Of a stretch of 64,000 nucleotides of DNA, positions 48,263-59,850 are shown one piece after another. The notes under the pieces are model-generated. The model saw nothing but the letters and a program-made list of their open reading frames with translations. It was not told the DNA's origin and searched no databases. Where the stretch lies: NCBI GenBank assembly GCA_024704765.1, contig JAKMXF010000301.1:337961-401960 (forward strand), read 5' to 3'. Made by a program: the position numbers and the translations under genes. Positions within the stretch are counted from its first letter, which is position 1, and each line of letters starts with the position of its first letter. Source of the DNA: Oopsacas minuta (lineage: Eukaryota > Animalia > Porifera).

Positions 48263-50599
48263 CGCACAAAAAGTACTTTTATGCGCATGTAAATGTATTA
48301 CTGATATGTAGAATATCATGGCCCGAACCAAAAATGCAAAAAATTTCAAAATGTGCCATTTTCTTTGTTTACTAAACATCATTTAGAGAGAATCGCCCAA
48401 TCTTAGATGAACTGTAGAAAGGAAAATTTTGAATCTTTGATTTCAAAGTTAATGTACGAAATGATGTAAGATGCATCTCTACAACATAATAAATATTTTT
48501 ATCATTAAATAGTTGGCAGGAAGTTGGAGTTACAGAAGTGCCTATAGATGTCATATAACAAAATCCACTGTTTTGGATTAATAGTATTTACCCGATTTCC
48601 ATACCCTGTAATACATTCTAATATGACATCTACAAGGAATATTGCATAGTCATCAAAAAACCATTCATGGTAATATTCAGGACTGCGTCATTATCGTAGG
48701 AGATATCTTATCAACTTGTACTGATGCAAATAGAGGTATTATGATTGGAACGCGCTCTGCTTGGAATTCAAATGCCGATAGATTGACTCCTCCCAAATAC
48801 AAAGAGTATAGGGCGGGTGAACATGACGTCATCTATGCCACACTGACTCATGAGCCTAGTTGATTCAATGTCAACATGTAGGATAAGGGTATGGGAAATC
48901 GGGTATATACTATGAATCGGCAATAGTCAGTTTTGTTGCATCATTGATGGTTTTCCACATATTAATGGATCTTTACAACATATTACCATCTATGGTCACT
49001 AGTGTAACTCAAACTTCCTGTCAACTTTATAATGACAAACAAATATGTATTATGTTATAGAGATGCATCTTAGATAATTTCGTATATTAACTTTGAAATC
49101 AAAGATTCAATATTTCACTTTCTACACCTCATCAATGATATGGTCATTTTATCCAAATAATGCGCTTGCTCAGCAAAGAAATTGGCACACTTTGAAGAAT
49201 ATGATTTTTTTATTTGGAGACATGTTATTCAACCTATCAGTAATACAACGGACGTTCAAAATGTTCCCGACCTTGGTCATAGAAGTGAAGTTATAGGATA
49301 TTTTACCACGTATCTGTATTCATAACGAACCTTATTCTACCACCTATTCAGAACTACCTTAACGTTCACCACATCGTCAATAGCTTTTGAGTATGATTAT
49401 TTCAAATTTCTCAGTTTTGACTATCCTTATATTCCCAGTATTTATGGCTGCAAATTTGAAATATGAGCAAAGATCATATATCAAAATTCGCATGATTCTT
49501 GGTAATGGCCCGAAGGATATTCCCACTAACTTGGAAGTCGTTTATAGAGATGCTAGTATTTCATATACTACTGTGAATGAGTGGGTCAAGCGGTTTAGTG
49601 AAAGACTGGAGTCACTGAGAGATGAGGAATAGATCGGGCGTCCAAGAACTGCAGTCACTAGCAATAACACCTCTGAAATTCGCTGGTGAGTGGAAAAGAT
49701 CCTCATATCACTGTTGAGGAGTTTGCTGAGTGTAGGGATCTCAACAAGAGCTGTTCATTCCATACAAATCGATGAGGTGAAAGTTAGCAAAATTTGTCCC
49801 AGGTTGATCCCCAAAGGACCCAAAGGACCGTCAGGTAACCTGTGCAAGAAAAATGCTCTCTGAGTATAAAGACTCGGATCCAAGAAGGCTGGGAGAAATC
49901 ATTAATAGCGACAAGACTTGGATAAGATCCGACGAGCCACTATCCAAATAAAGAAAAAAGGTATGGGTAGTAAACGGTGAGCCGCCTCCTCTCAATCCTA
50001 GGCCGGACTTCAGAGATCAGAAGGTCCTGTACCCCATTTTCTTTGGTGCACATGGCCCAGTTTCCCAGATTATAATACCAAAAAGGGAAGACAATTACCG
50101 GGACTTTTATGCCAACAGTTGCCTCTCAGAGGTAGAAAAACATTATTTGGAGCGGAGGCCAAAGTCTGGACTATGCGGCATGAGAGTATTGCACGATAAT
50201 TCACTGCTACATAAAACTAAGCTCGTAGAGTCAGAGTGGGATAGAATGAGAGTTGTCGAGCTAGACCACCCAACCTACTCACCTGATCTCGCTCCTTGTG
50301 ATTTCTGGCTCTCTTCAAGTGGAGAATGACTTTGCAGGCAGGCATTTTGATACCAGAATCGACTTAGGGAACGTAATTTGGAGATCCCTAAAATACATCC
50401 TGCTCGAAGACTATAAAATTGTATTTTTTAGAAGGTTAGATCTTTTACAACGAATCGTCGACGTTAATGGTGATTATCTCGAGAAAATATAAAGAATTGT
50501 AGATGAATATTCTGTATAGTTACAAAGATATAGGGTAGAGGCCTGAACCTTTTGAACGCCCGTTCTACATTTACTTGGGCACAAAGAACTGTTTGTGCG
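48263..50599. repeat. Long inverted repeat: arm 48263-48608 versus arm 48886-49245 + 50568-50599 (right arm split by a mariner), 277-bp spacer
   Basis: Reverse-complement similarity through GGGTATGG(G)AAATCGGGTA, GTAACTC.AACTTCCTG, AGAGATGCATCTTA, AACTTTGAAATCAAAGATTCAA. Confidence 0.8.
49246..50565 (+). mobile_element. mariner (DD34D) transposon, degenerate
   Basis: TA-flanked TIR (C/G)AACGG(A/G)CGTTCAAAA. YEQRSYIK, EWVKRF, HDNS..HPTYSPDLAPCDF with 34-residue spacing. Confidence 0.88.
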
Positions 50600-50689
50600 A
50601 GTAAAGCACTGCTGTAATCATTACAAACTATACTGTAAATAGGGTTCCACATACTATCCTATTTAGTCAAACCGAAACATCAACCTATT

Positions 50690-52015
50690 AACGATGTACA
50701 CTTTGGAGGTGCAGAGAAAGATTGTGTCCGGACAAGGACGAATAGATCGTATATTTAACCTACCATATAATATACAGATGCATAATCAAACAAAAGTTGC
50801 TTACAAGTATAATATTATTGCACTGAATAATACACTCAAACGCGCGGCGGCAACTTCAACAGATAACATTCGACATACATTTGATGGTGTAACCTCTTCA
50901 GATCAGGCTGGTGCTATGGTAACGTATAAAAACATTCCCAATACGATGATAAAACGGAGACATTTGAAACTCATAAGGAATCCTAAGCAGCTAAAGAATT
51001 TGAAAACATGATCAGACAAACCCGTTTCTCAAAGGATTTCGATAGATGATCATTTTACAGATGGTTTCGCAGCAATATTTTGGTCAGATCGATTGTACTA
51101 ACATCTGAAAGCAGTAACCTTATCAATTACAATGGAACATTCTATTTAGTGCCCAAATTATTCCATCACTGGTTCATCATTTTCAATCAGGAAGGCCATC
51201 ATGCCTTGCTAGCAATATGTCTTGATGTCTAAAAGACTGAGCCTCTTTAAGAGGCTCTGCTGCAGAAGATTTTGAGAAAACATCCCGAAATTCCTTTCAT
51301 ACAATCTTGAGTACAATTGGAATTTCGGGCTGCGTATTCCATTATATTAAAGCAATTTGAAAGTGAAAAAGTTTCAGCTTTCATCTCCACATACTCAAAA
51401 CTGGATCTCAACAAGTGGATCAGGTTAATAATAGCTCTCCCCAGTTCCTATGCTAGCAAAAGAAGAAATAGCTACAGTTTATCAATTCCTATCGGATACA
51501 CAACCTACTGAATCACCTCTATTGAAAAGAACATTTTCGAAAACTTCGTTATTACATTAAAAGGAATGGATTGTGAGAAATGATTTCTTCGTTTACTATT
51601 CAATGCGATACCCAACAATTGTCATGAAGTTTGTCAGAGAAGTTTGAAGCCGCTTATCCCAGTGAATAAGCAGAACATTTTGACATTCATGGAGTGATTC
51701 GAAAGAATTTGCTAAAATATGCCCTATAATATCAGAGATTGAAAAAATGGTTGGAAATTGGGGGACGATCGATAAGGATGTAGATAACGAGACAAAGGTT
51801 AATATGTAAATAAAAGCTTTAGATCAGTGAATATTCCATACTTGAATGTGCCTAATCCTGTGTCATATGTTTGATGACTAGAGCCAGTACATTTGTGATA
51901 ATACCATGCGGACGCGCACAGATTTGCGGGAATTGTGAAGGAAAAGTTTAATGAAGGAGATAGATGTCCTACTTCCAGGTCAATGATATCAACCAAACTA
52001 CAAATTTTCCAGTAA
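50690..52015 (+). pseudogene. FLYWCH-MULE transposase relic ending in a RING-HC finger
   Basis: WRCRERLCP (FLYWCH-like), GTFYLVPKLF, GCVFHY, then CVICL..IIPCG..ICGNC..CPTSRSMI..LQIF* (51859-52015). Confidence 0.6.
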
Positions 52016-52860
52016 TTAGAAAGATCATATTCATTAGGAATCACTAAGCATATTCACTCTCCACAAATAGAACTACTAGCCAACACAAACCTTGGAGTTA
52101 TTATTTAATTTACAAAATTTACAACATATATTATATGACATTCTCGATATAATTTAGTGATCAATTGAAGAATATTCACTAGATATCATTAGTATACACG
52201 TGACACCAATTATTCGAACCTTGTCTATAATGGGTACCTCTTCCCGAAAGTCAGAGGGGACACTGCCTAGCCCTGCTCTGCTACTCGAATCAGGTTCGCC
52301 TAACCACAAAATTGCTTAACAGGGATGAAGAGTCAGCCAAAAATTTCGTTGTCTCCCAGACTCTGACGTTCTGCCTACGGGTCTATATTCCCCACCATCA
52401 GTAGTAGCCAGGAGAAAAGTTATACAAAAATTATGAGAAGCCGATCAAATAACACATTATAGTTGACACGTTGGAAATTTGTCAAAACCTTAACGCAAAA
52501 TCACCACAAATATTTTACAATTCGGATATCATTACCATTACCTACCAAAACGATACTTTCTGATAATATTCCAGCTATACGGAAAGTCGGTCATATAAAC
52601 GATTTAAGCAACCTCGTTATTCAGTTTGACTACACAGCTAAATTCTTCTTCTTCATCAAGAGATGATAACATCCAGTATTCGAGTCAAATTTGTCGTCCC
52701 TGCCTGAGCATTCAAACCACTGCTAAAATTTCGATATAAATAGTGCTTATCTCGTCAATTCTTGAGGGCCTATACAGTAAAACTGTAAGATTTGGGGCAT
52801 ATCCCATGTCAAAATAGCATTTTGACTAATTTGCAAACCGCAGTCTATACTTACACCTAA

Positions 52861-53200
52861 TATCAATACTATGAAGCTGAATAATCTGTATATAAATGTT
52901 TGGATGTCCAGAATTGATTGAAGAAACTGAAGGGCCCTCCAGGCTGATTTTGGCATACAGGGGTATTTTTGACCTAGCACGGACATTTTCGAGTCTTGGA
53001 CGAAAATTCGCACCTAATACGAAATCATAACGTAATTATCACCACTATTAATTTGGAAAAATGAAATTAATTGACACTCTTCAAAAAATATAAATGATAG
53101 AAGTTCGAAATTTGAATCAGAAGGACCCATCAATGGCCCAAATGCCATGATGTCATGATTTGAACATATACAAACTTATCATGGGATTATTGCATCATTA
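52861..53200 (-). mobile_element. Third copy of the DINE-1/HINE-like family
   Basis: GATTGAAGAAACTG..TTTTGGCATACAGGGGTATTTT, matching 29900-29995 in reverse. Confidence 0.45.
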
Positions 53201-54790
53201 TTACATCACAAAAATATTCCAAATAGTGCAAATTCGATAAAATATAGAATTTCTAAATAATTGAGGCAAAAAGGGCCAGATTACAAACCAATAGCAACGT
53301 AGTAGCTCCAGTATTAAGACAGAAAGCCATCAAATCGAATTCGGATGGGCAATGGACAATAATAAATCCCTCAAAATAGTATCTCGAAGTATTAGTGCCA
53401 ATGAGAATACAAAAATCAAACCATCAAGAAATTTAGCTATTTACTACTTAAGCTATCCTGAGGCACTAAGCTGTCGCGTAGAGATAGAAACTGATTGATC
53501 AGATAAAGTAGATTACGAATATGATATCAGATATCCTCTGAATAAGAACAGACCCCACTTTAGTATTAAATTTATTGCAATTTTTGATGTCTGAACATTT
53601 TTGTCTGGTGCAGTTTTGTTACCAGGCATCGATATGTGTATAACATGCATGGACGAATTACAAGACAACCCTACATATAAAGATTGAATTTGGTAGAATA
53701 TGCATCAGGGATGTATATGAGCCATTGGAAACCAAAATTCTTGGTATTTAAATTGTCAGGTTTCAGCCTTTTTAAATTCTCATTTTCATTTATTCCCTCC
53801 TAAAGCGGTGAATTTTACTAGTGCTAGACTAATTATGGTGATTTGGTGAGTAATTAAACCATTTGTTAGCTACCAAAATTCTGAACCTGGTGGATTAGTT
53901 AAGCCAACAAAATTTAGATCCTACACAATTGGATTAGTAAAAATTAAGATCGTTGCGAATAACCACCAATTTGAAATCTAGTGGGCTCAATACAGCCAGC
54001 AGCGACTTTTATTCTATTGAGGATTGGGAAATAAACTATTTCAGTTATACGAACACCAAATATAAATGTGAATGACGAAGGCTGATCGAGGGTGAGATGT
54101 AGTTAAAACACTTTCAGAAAACACATTTATAGTAATAGGTTAAACTCAAAATTTTCCAAACTTGTCTAGGGGTGATACAATTGGAGCTACTGTTTTCATG
54201 GAAATCCGATAATGCAGAAATCAACCTAGTAGAACTTAAGTCAGCAATTTTAGGCTACATGTATAATCCGTACTATAAAAGTCCAAATTATACCTACACA
54301 TCTCCATTGTAAGATGAAATAAAAACTTCACTAATATGTAAATTAGTACATAATAACTTAAGGCTAAAAACCAAACCAAACAGAACTCAAAGACGAGCTG
54401 TTCGAATAACTTAGGGCGTACGACTTGTAAGTGAGAAAAGGGTATATGTGGCAGAGACAAGGAGACATGCCATATTTTCGAACATATTTAATTATATAAA
54501 TAAAAATATACACTCACATAGTAATCTAGAAGAGAAAGACCAGAATACATATATTAGATATTGTTCCAAGGGAGGCGAGAATCTTCCAAGATCAATCTTG
54601 ATATAATTTAATGCTTGTTATGTGGAAAGAGTAATGTGTCCTTTAGTAGATTTTGCATGTAGGATAGGATTAGTTGGCATAATTTCAGTCTTAGTTCGAG
54701 GCAAAATGAAAGCATCTTGGTTTAAAGAGTTTAAACTATTACTTGATATTGATGAATGTGAATATATACTATAATCAGACAACGATTTAC

Positions 54791-56571
54791 GGATAGGATA
54801 CCCGTTGGATCGAGTTCATGATCCAAAATGGGATAATCAGAACTGTATATTTTCTCTGTAGAATTTGGTATATAATAAAATTCAGTTCCTTTATCATGTA
54901 TAATCAAATTTTCAGTACTGGAAGATACACCCTTTGCTTTGAGATCTTTAGTATTATCATCAATGGTCTTATGTTGACTTGCAGAGGGATGATCATGTGA
55001 TTCAATTTTGATCAATTGTCTTAGTTCACCTAGTTCTCGCAGATCAGAGCCAATGTTATTGATTTTAACAAATTTGTGGGGTTTAGAAATTTGATTTGTC
55101 AATTTGATTGATTGATAATTAGGGAAATAGTTGAGTCTACTAGTAGTTAATTTTATCTCATTGAAAACAATACTGAGTTCCAACTTGATATCATCAGATT
55201 TGGACAGTAGGCTACCTAATGTATAGTGATAACCGGTTGAGCCTTCAATGTTATAATGAATTCGAATTGCATGTTTACGATCTAGTAATTTATATTTGTT
55301 AAAAGTTCCAAATTGAACACTTTCTAACGATGTATACTTAAGTAGCTCATATGATAGTATTAAACCTGGTGTATATTGATATAGTAAAATTAAAATAGCA
55401 TTCGGTAATAACAATAGTATAAAAAATTGGTCAGATGCTTCAGATGAAATGCATTTAAAACTATCGAGTTCCTTTAATGCCCATCCTCGAATATTTTCAT
55501 CCAAATCCAAGTATTCTCTAACTGCATGTATAAGACCACAGGGATCATTTATATCATTTTCAAAGATATCCACCTGGTTAAAAATTGAATTTTCAGATGG
55601 AGCAGGATCAATACCCAAGTCATCCTGCATTGAATCGATAACTCTTTGGCGAAGAGTATCCTTGAAATGGTTTATATAATATCTATTTGCAGAAGAAAAA
55701 CCATCTCTTACTGTTCCTTTCAAGTTTCTATGTCCTGTACGTGTTAAATCCCCTTTCATAGCTACAGTTCCAGCATATTGTCTGCTAATGGCGTCTCCAT
55801 TATCTGCCCATAATTTACGATATGATTGAAGGCAAACAAATGGTAGTGATTGATCGGGCATCAACAAACCAAGTTTCATTAAAACTAAATCCAACATTTC
55901 ACGAGCAATGATAGCTTGGATGACATTAGTCCGATCAAGACAATCCATGCAATTTACACGAAACACACCTCCTTGTTCGCATAATAAATCGAGTTTCTGA
56001 TCATTCGTTCTGCTGACCCAAAAGAAATTGTAGTGTTCGAATTGTTCCCTTATTTGGCTAAATATTTCCTGAAGTCTAGAAAATTGGAAACCTTTACATT
56101 GCTTATGAAAGTCAAAGAAAAAATAATTAAGATGCGGAGAATTTAAAGCCTTATAATGTGATTCAAATTCATTTTTCACTATACTTTCTTTTCCTATTTC
56201 ATCAACCAAATTAACGATAGACATATGTTTGTAGATACGAATTTGGCTTGATATATGAAGTTCAAAAGCATCTTGTGTCGAATGAAAATCTTTGTTTATT
56301 TGGGGTAGTGGCTTATACTTTGGTCCAGATTGACTCCAAAAAATAGGAATTGAACCCCTAACTTGGACATATGAGAACTTTTGTGATCCTACCATAATTA
56401 CCAACTCTGTCTCTACATAATTAGCTACGTAACCATCAGAATCAATTCCTCTCCGTTTATATCTTGTTCCAGCACGATATCTACTTCTTCGAGAAATGAT
56501 AGAAAGATGAAAAATTGGAGAATTTTCAGGTGGATTGTTTTGAACTTGACTTATAGAGATTTCCTCGAAGT
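54791..56571 (-). CDS. INPP5F: Large exon of a Sac2/INPP5F-like phosphoinositide phosphatase (Sac core + hSac2 region); 5' exons not located
   Basis: SRRSRYRAGTRYKRRG, ANYVETE, QVRGSIPIFWSQ, CX5R motif NCMDCLDRTNV, WADNGDAISRQYAGT, DGFSSANRYY. Acceptor TTCATTATAG at 56572, donor GTAAAT at 54790. Confidence 0.85.
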
Positions 56572-57491
56572 CTATAATGAAAAGGAACACAATTAAATAT
56601 TGCAAAGAATACATTGGGTAGAACATGCAGTGTAAACTGCACGATCGATTCGATACACTCTGAAATTTAGAATAATCTTTCACTATACCCGTGAAAATCA
56701 ATAATTAGAAAATGAGTTCAGTATATAGTAATGACTTGAGTCATTTCCAAAGGGTTCCCAAAATAGGAGTTTCCAGTCGGCATGTGATCTGAATGGAGTA
56801 AATGAACAATTTATGTGCCTGCATTTATACCACCAGTGACTTTCCCATCACACAGTTGTATCAGCATTTTTATCTATTGAATGCTCTGGTTTTACAAGGT
56901 ATATGTAAATATATTCTACGGAAGATGTTGGCTCGGGGCTGATCATGAACACAAATATGGCTTTAGCTAAACACAGCACATATTAGTTTCTGGAAACATG
57001 ACCAATATTATTAGCATCTCCCCTATAAGAGTTCGTATAAAGCGAAAGTATTCCATATTGGAACATGATGGCTCAAAGTATCACATTTATGATTACTCAC
57101 AAAAAATTGATTTGGAAAAAGCCATCATGTAAATGCTAGAAGAGAGTAAAAATGAATATAGTAATATAGAAAAAAATATGCGTATATGTCACATGATTAT
57201 ACAGAAGTTTTCAAAATCAATAGAACCATTATTGTGAACGAATTCCAAGTTTAAGTGATATAACTATGTTGTTAAATCGCTGTTTGATTATTTGTTCGTC
57301 TGTTCGTTCCTGGTCAAGGAAAGGTTTCTGGTGTGCAATAATGAATTCGAAATTCACAATCCCGATAAATAATGTTTTATCGTGTAGTCAAATAAGTAAT
57401 TCACTAAAATTGACTAAATAGAGAATTTGTTTTTAATTAATCATATATAAATGTATTTGTTGTTTTTAAGAATATCTGCTCCAAACTGTAA

Positions 57492-59480
57492 CACAGGGGT
57501 AACACAGTAAGCTGAATCTGAATTTCTCAATTTCAAGTTTTTCACATGAAAATTTATTGTTGTTTTTATGAAGACAAAAGTAAACAAATAGTTGATATGT
57601 AGGAATATACTTAGAGAATTGCTCTCAACAGATATATAAAGACAATCAAGTAGACTGAAACTGAATATGATATAGTCAAAGTCTGCAAATCTTGTGTAGA
57701 ATTATTGAGGTCTTGGAGTAAAGGTAAAGGAAAACACCTCCCTTTCGGAATTCCTATGATTTAGAGAGAATCAAAAAATCTTTCAATGATTGTTATTTCT
57801 GCATGGTAAATGTCAAGGGCTGCAAAAAGAGTGCCATACACCTGCTGAATTAGCCAAATTTGGAATCTGCTATTCGACCAGTCCCTCATTGTAGTGATCT
57901 ACCTGTACCAATATTCACAGAGTATCTCGGACTCTATGATGATGAAGATGGTGCTAATTCAGAAGAAGTCAATAATCATGAATGTGAATATGATGTTGAT
58001 TTTCAAGGTCCTTCCTCGGAGCCTTCTCTCTTTAACCAAGCGGAATTAAATGATTTAATTCGTGACCTTGACCTCTGGAAAGAATCTTCTGAGTTGCTTG
58101 CATCTAGATTGAAAGAAAAGAGTCTACTCCATCAAGGAACAAAGGTAACATTATATCGTTACAGGGAGCAAGAGTTTCAACAGTATTTCTGCGAAAAGAA
58201 TGGTTTGGTGTTTTGTCCAAATGTTGAGGGACTTCTACCGGCAATGGGAGTTCCGAACTACAATCCAAGTGACTGGAGGCTGTTTATTGACAGCTCCAAA
58301 AGGAGTTTGAAATGTGTACTACTCCATAATGGAAATATATTCGGATCAATTCCTATAGGATATTTAGTTAAACTCAAAGAGGAGTACAATAATGTGAAAG
58401 AGATATTAGAGATTATTAACTACTCTGCACATGATTGGGTCATCTGTGTTGATCTCAAAATGGTCAACTTTCCATTAGGACAACAATCTGGGTTCACTAA
58501 GTACTCCTGTTTCCTTTGTTATTGAGACAGTAGAGATAGGAACCAGCATTGGATAAGGGAAAAGTGGCGTCCGAGAGAATGTTTGAAATTTGGGGACAAA
58601 AATGTAATTAATAACCCTCTGGTACATACAAATAAACTAATTCTACCTCCTCTCCACATTAAGCTTGGTTTAATGAAGCAATTCATCAAAGCACTGGATA
58701 AAGACAGATATTATTTCAAGTATATCCGGAATTATTTCCAGAAATGAGTGAAGAGAAGAAAAAGGCAGTGATATTTGAAGGTCCACAGATTCGCAAGTTA
58801 CTTAGGGACAACAGCTTCAAAGATTCAATGAACGAGGAAGAGAAGAGAGCGTGGCAGGCTTTCTCTAATGTCGTTTCTAATTTCCTTGGTAATAAAAAGG
58901 CATCCAACTACAAAGAACTAGTCACAGAGTTAGTCGACAGCTATCATGTTCTTGGCTGTAATATGAGTATTAAAATTCATTATTTGAGAGACCATCTTGA
59001 TAGATTTCCGGATAATCTAGGTGATATGAGTGAAGAACAAGGTGAACGATTCCATCAAGACATAAAAGTGATGGAACAGCGATATCAAGGAAGATTAGAC
59101 ACACATATGATGGCAGATTACTGTTGGTGCCTAAAAAGAGACTGCCCTAACGAACAACATTCAAGAAAGTCAAACAAGAGAAAATTTTTAGATTGAATAG
59201 TGCTTTATATTATATGTTTATAGTATCACTTTCTTCCGTTCATATTAGCAACAATCATATCATTATTCTTAGTGAATGAAATATTGATATTTTTAGAAAT
59301 TTAATTGATCCAATCTAACATATAAGGGTTGAAACCAATTTTGTTCTATAAATGTAGTAATAGGATTGTGAGAGAACTTGACGTATTAGGGAGAAACAGA
59401 CTAAATAATCGGAATCAGCAACATAGAATTAGTATATATCAGTTGACAAAATCAATACAATTAAAAAGTGCAGGCCTGTG
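57492..59480 (+). mobile_element. Second, divergent and degenerate Chapaev3 element
   Basis: TAA-CACAGG..CCTGTG-TAA ends. DCYFC, ELNDLIRDL, WRLFIDSS, LPPLHIKLG, SEEQGERFHQDI with stops and frameshifts. Confidence 0.8.
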
Positions 59481-59850
59481 TAATTAATGAACAACCCTTG
59501 TAGCATTATTAAGAAATTTTGAATAATTTTGTGACAGACAGTATATCTAATTAATAGTCACGGGCTGGTTTCGGTTAACAGGTAACAAAAGTCAAGGATT
59601 TTCGATATATTATTTTCTCTAAAGTACGCCTCATTCCCCGCTTAAATAGGTTCCCCATGTATAGAGGCCTGTTGCGTAGGATTTTGACCCGCAAGTAGCA
59701 ATTGCAAATCAAGTAATATCAACATTTCATCCCTAGTCACATAGTATTCGTATTTATACATGTGTGACTTCCTGAATGCACACACTAACATTTTACTTTA
59801 TTTCTAGATTTCAACATCAACACTTATATTTACTTTTGACATTTTCCATT

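Noticed and set aside
56572-56701. First ~43 aa of ORF 54731-56701 as INPP5F coding
   Set aside because: No Sac similarity, and it ends in a pyrimidine-rich TTCATTATAG acceptor, so it is probably intron.
56950-57130. Plus-strand coding-like stretch (..KYHIYDYSQKIDLEKAIM*)
   Set aside because: Short, has an upstream in-frame stop, and no motif was recognised.
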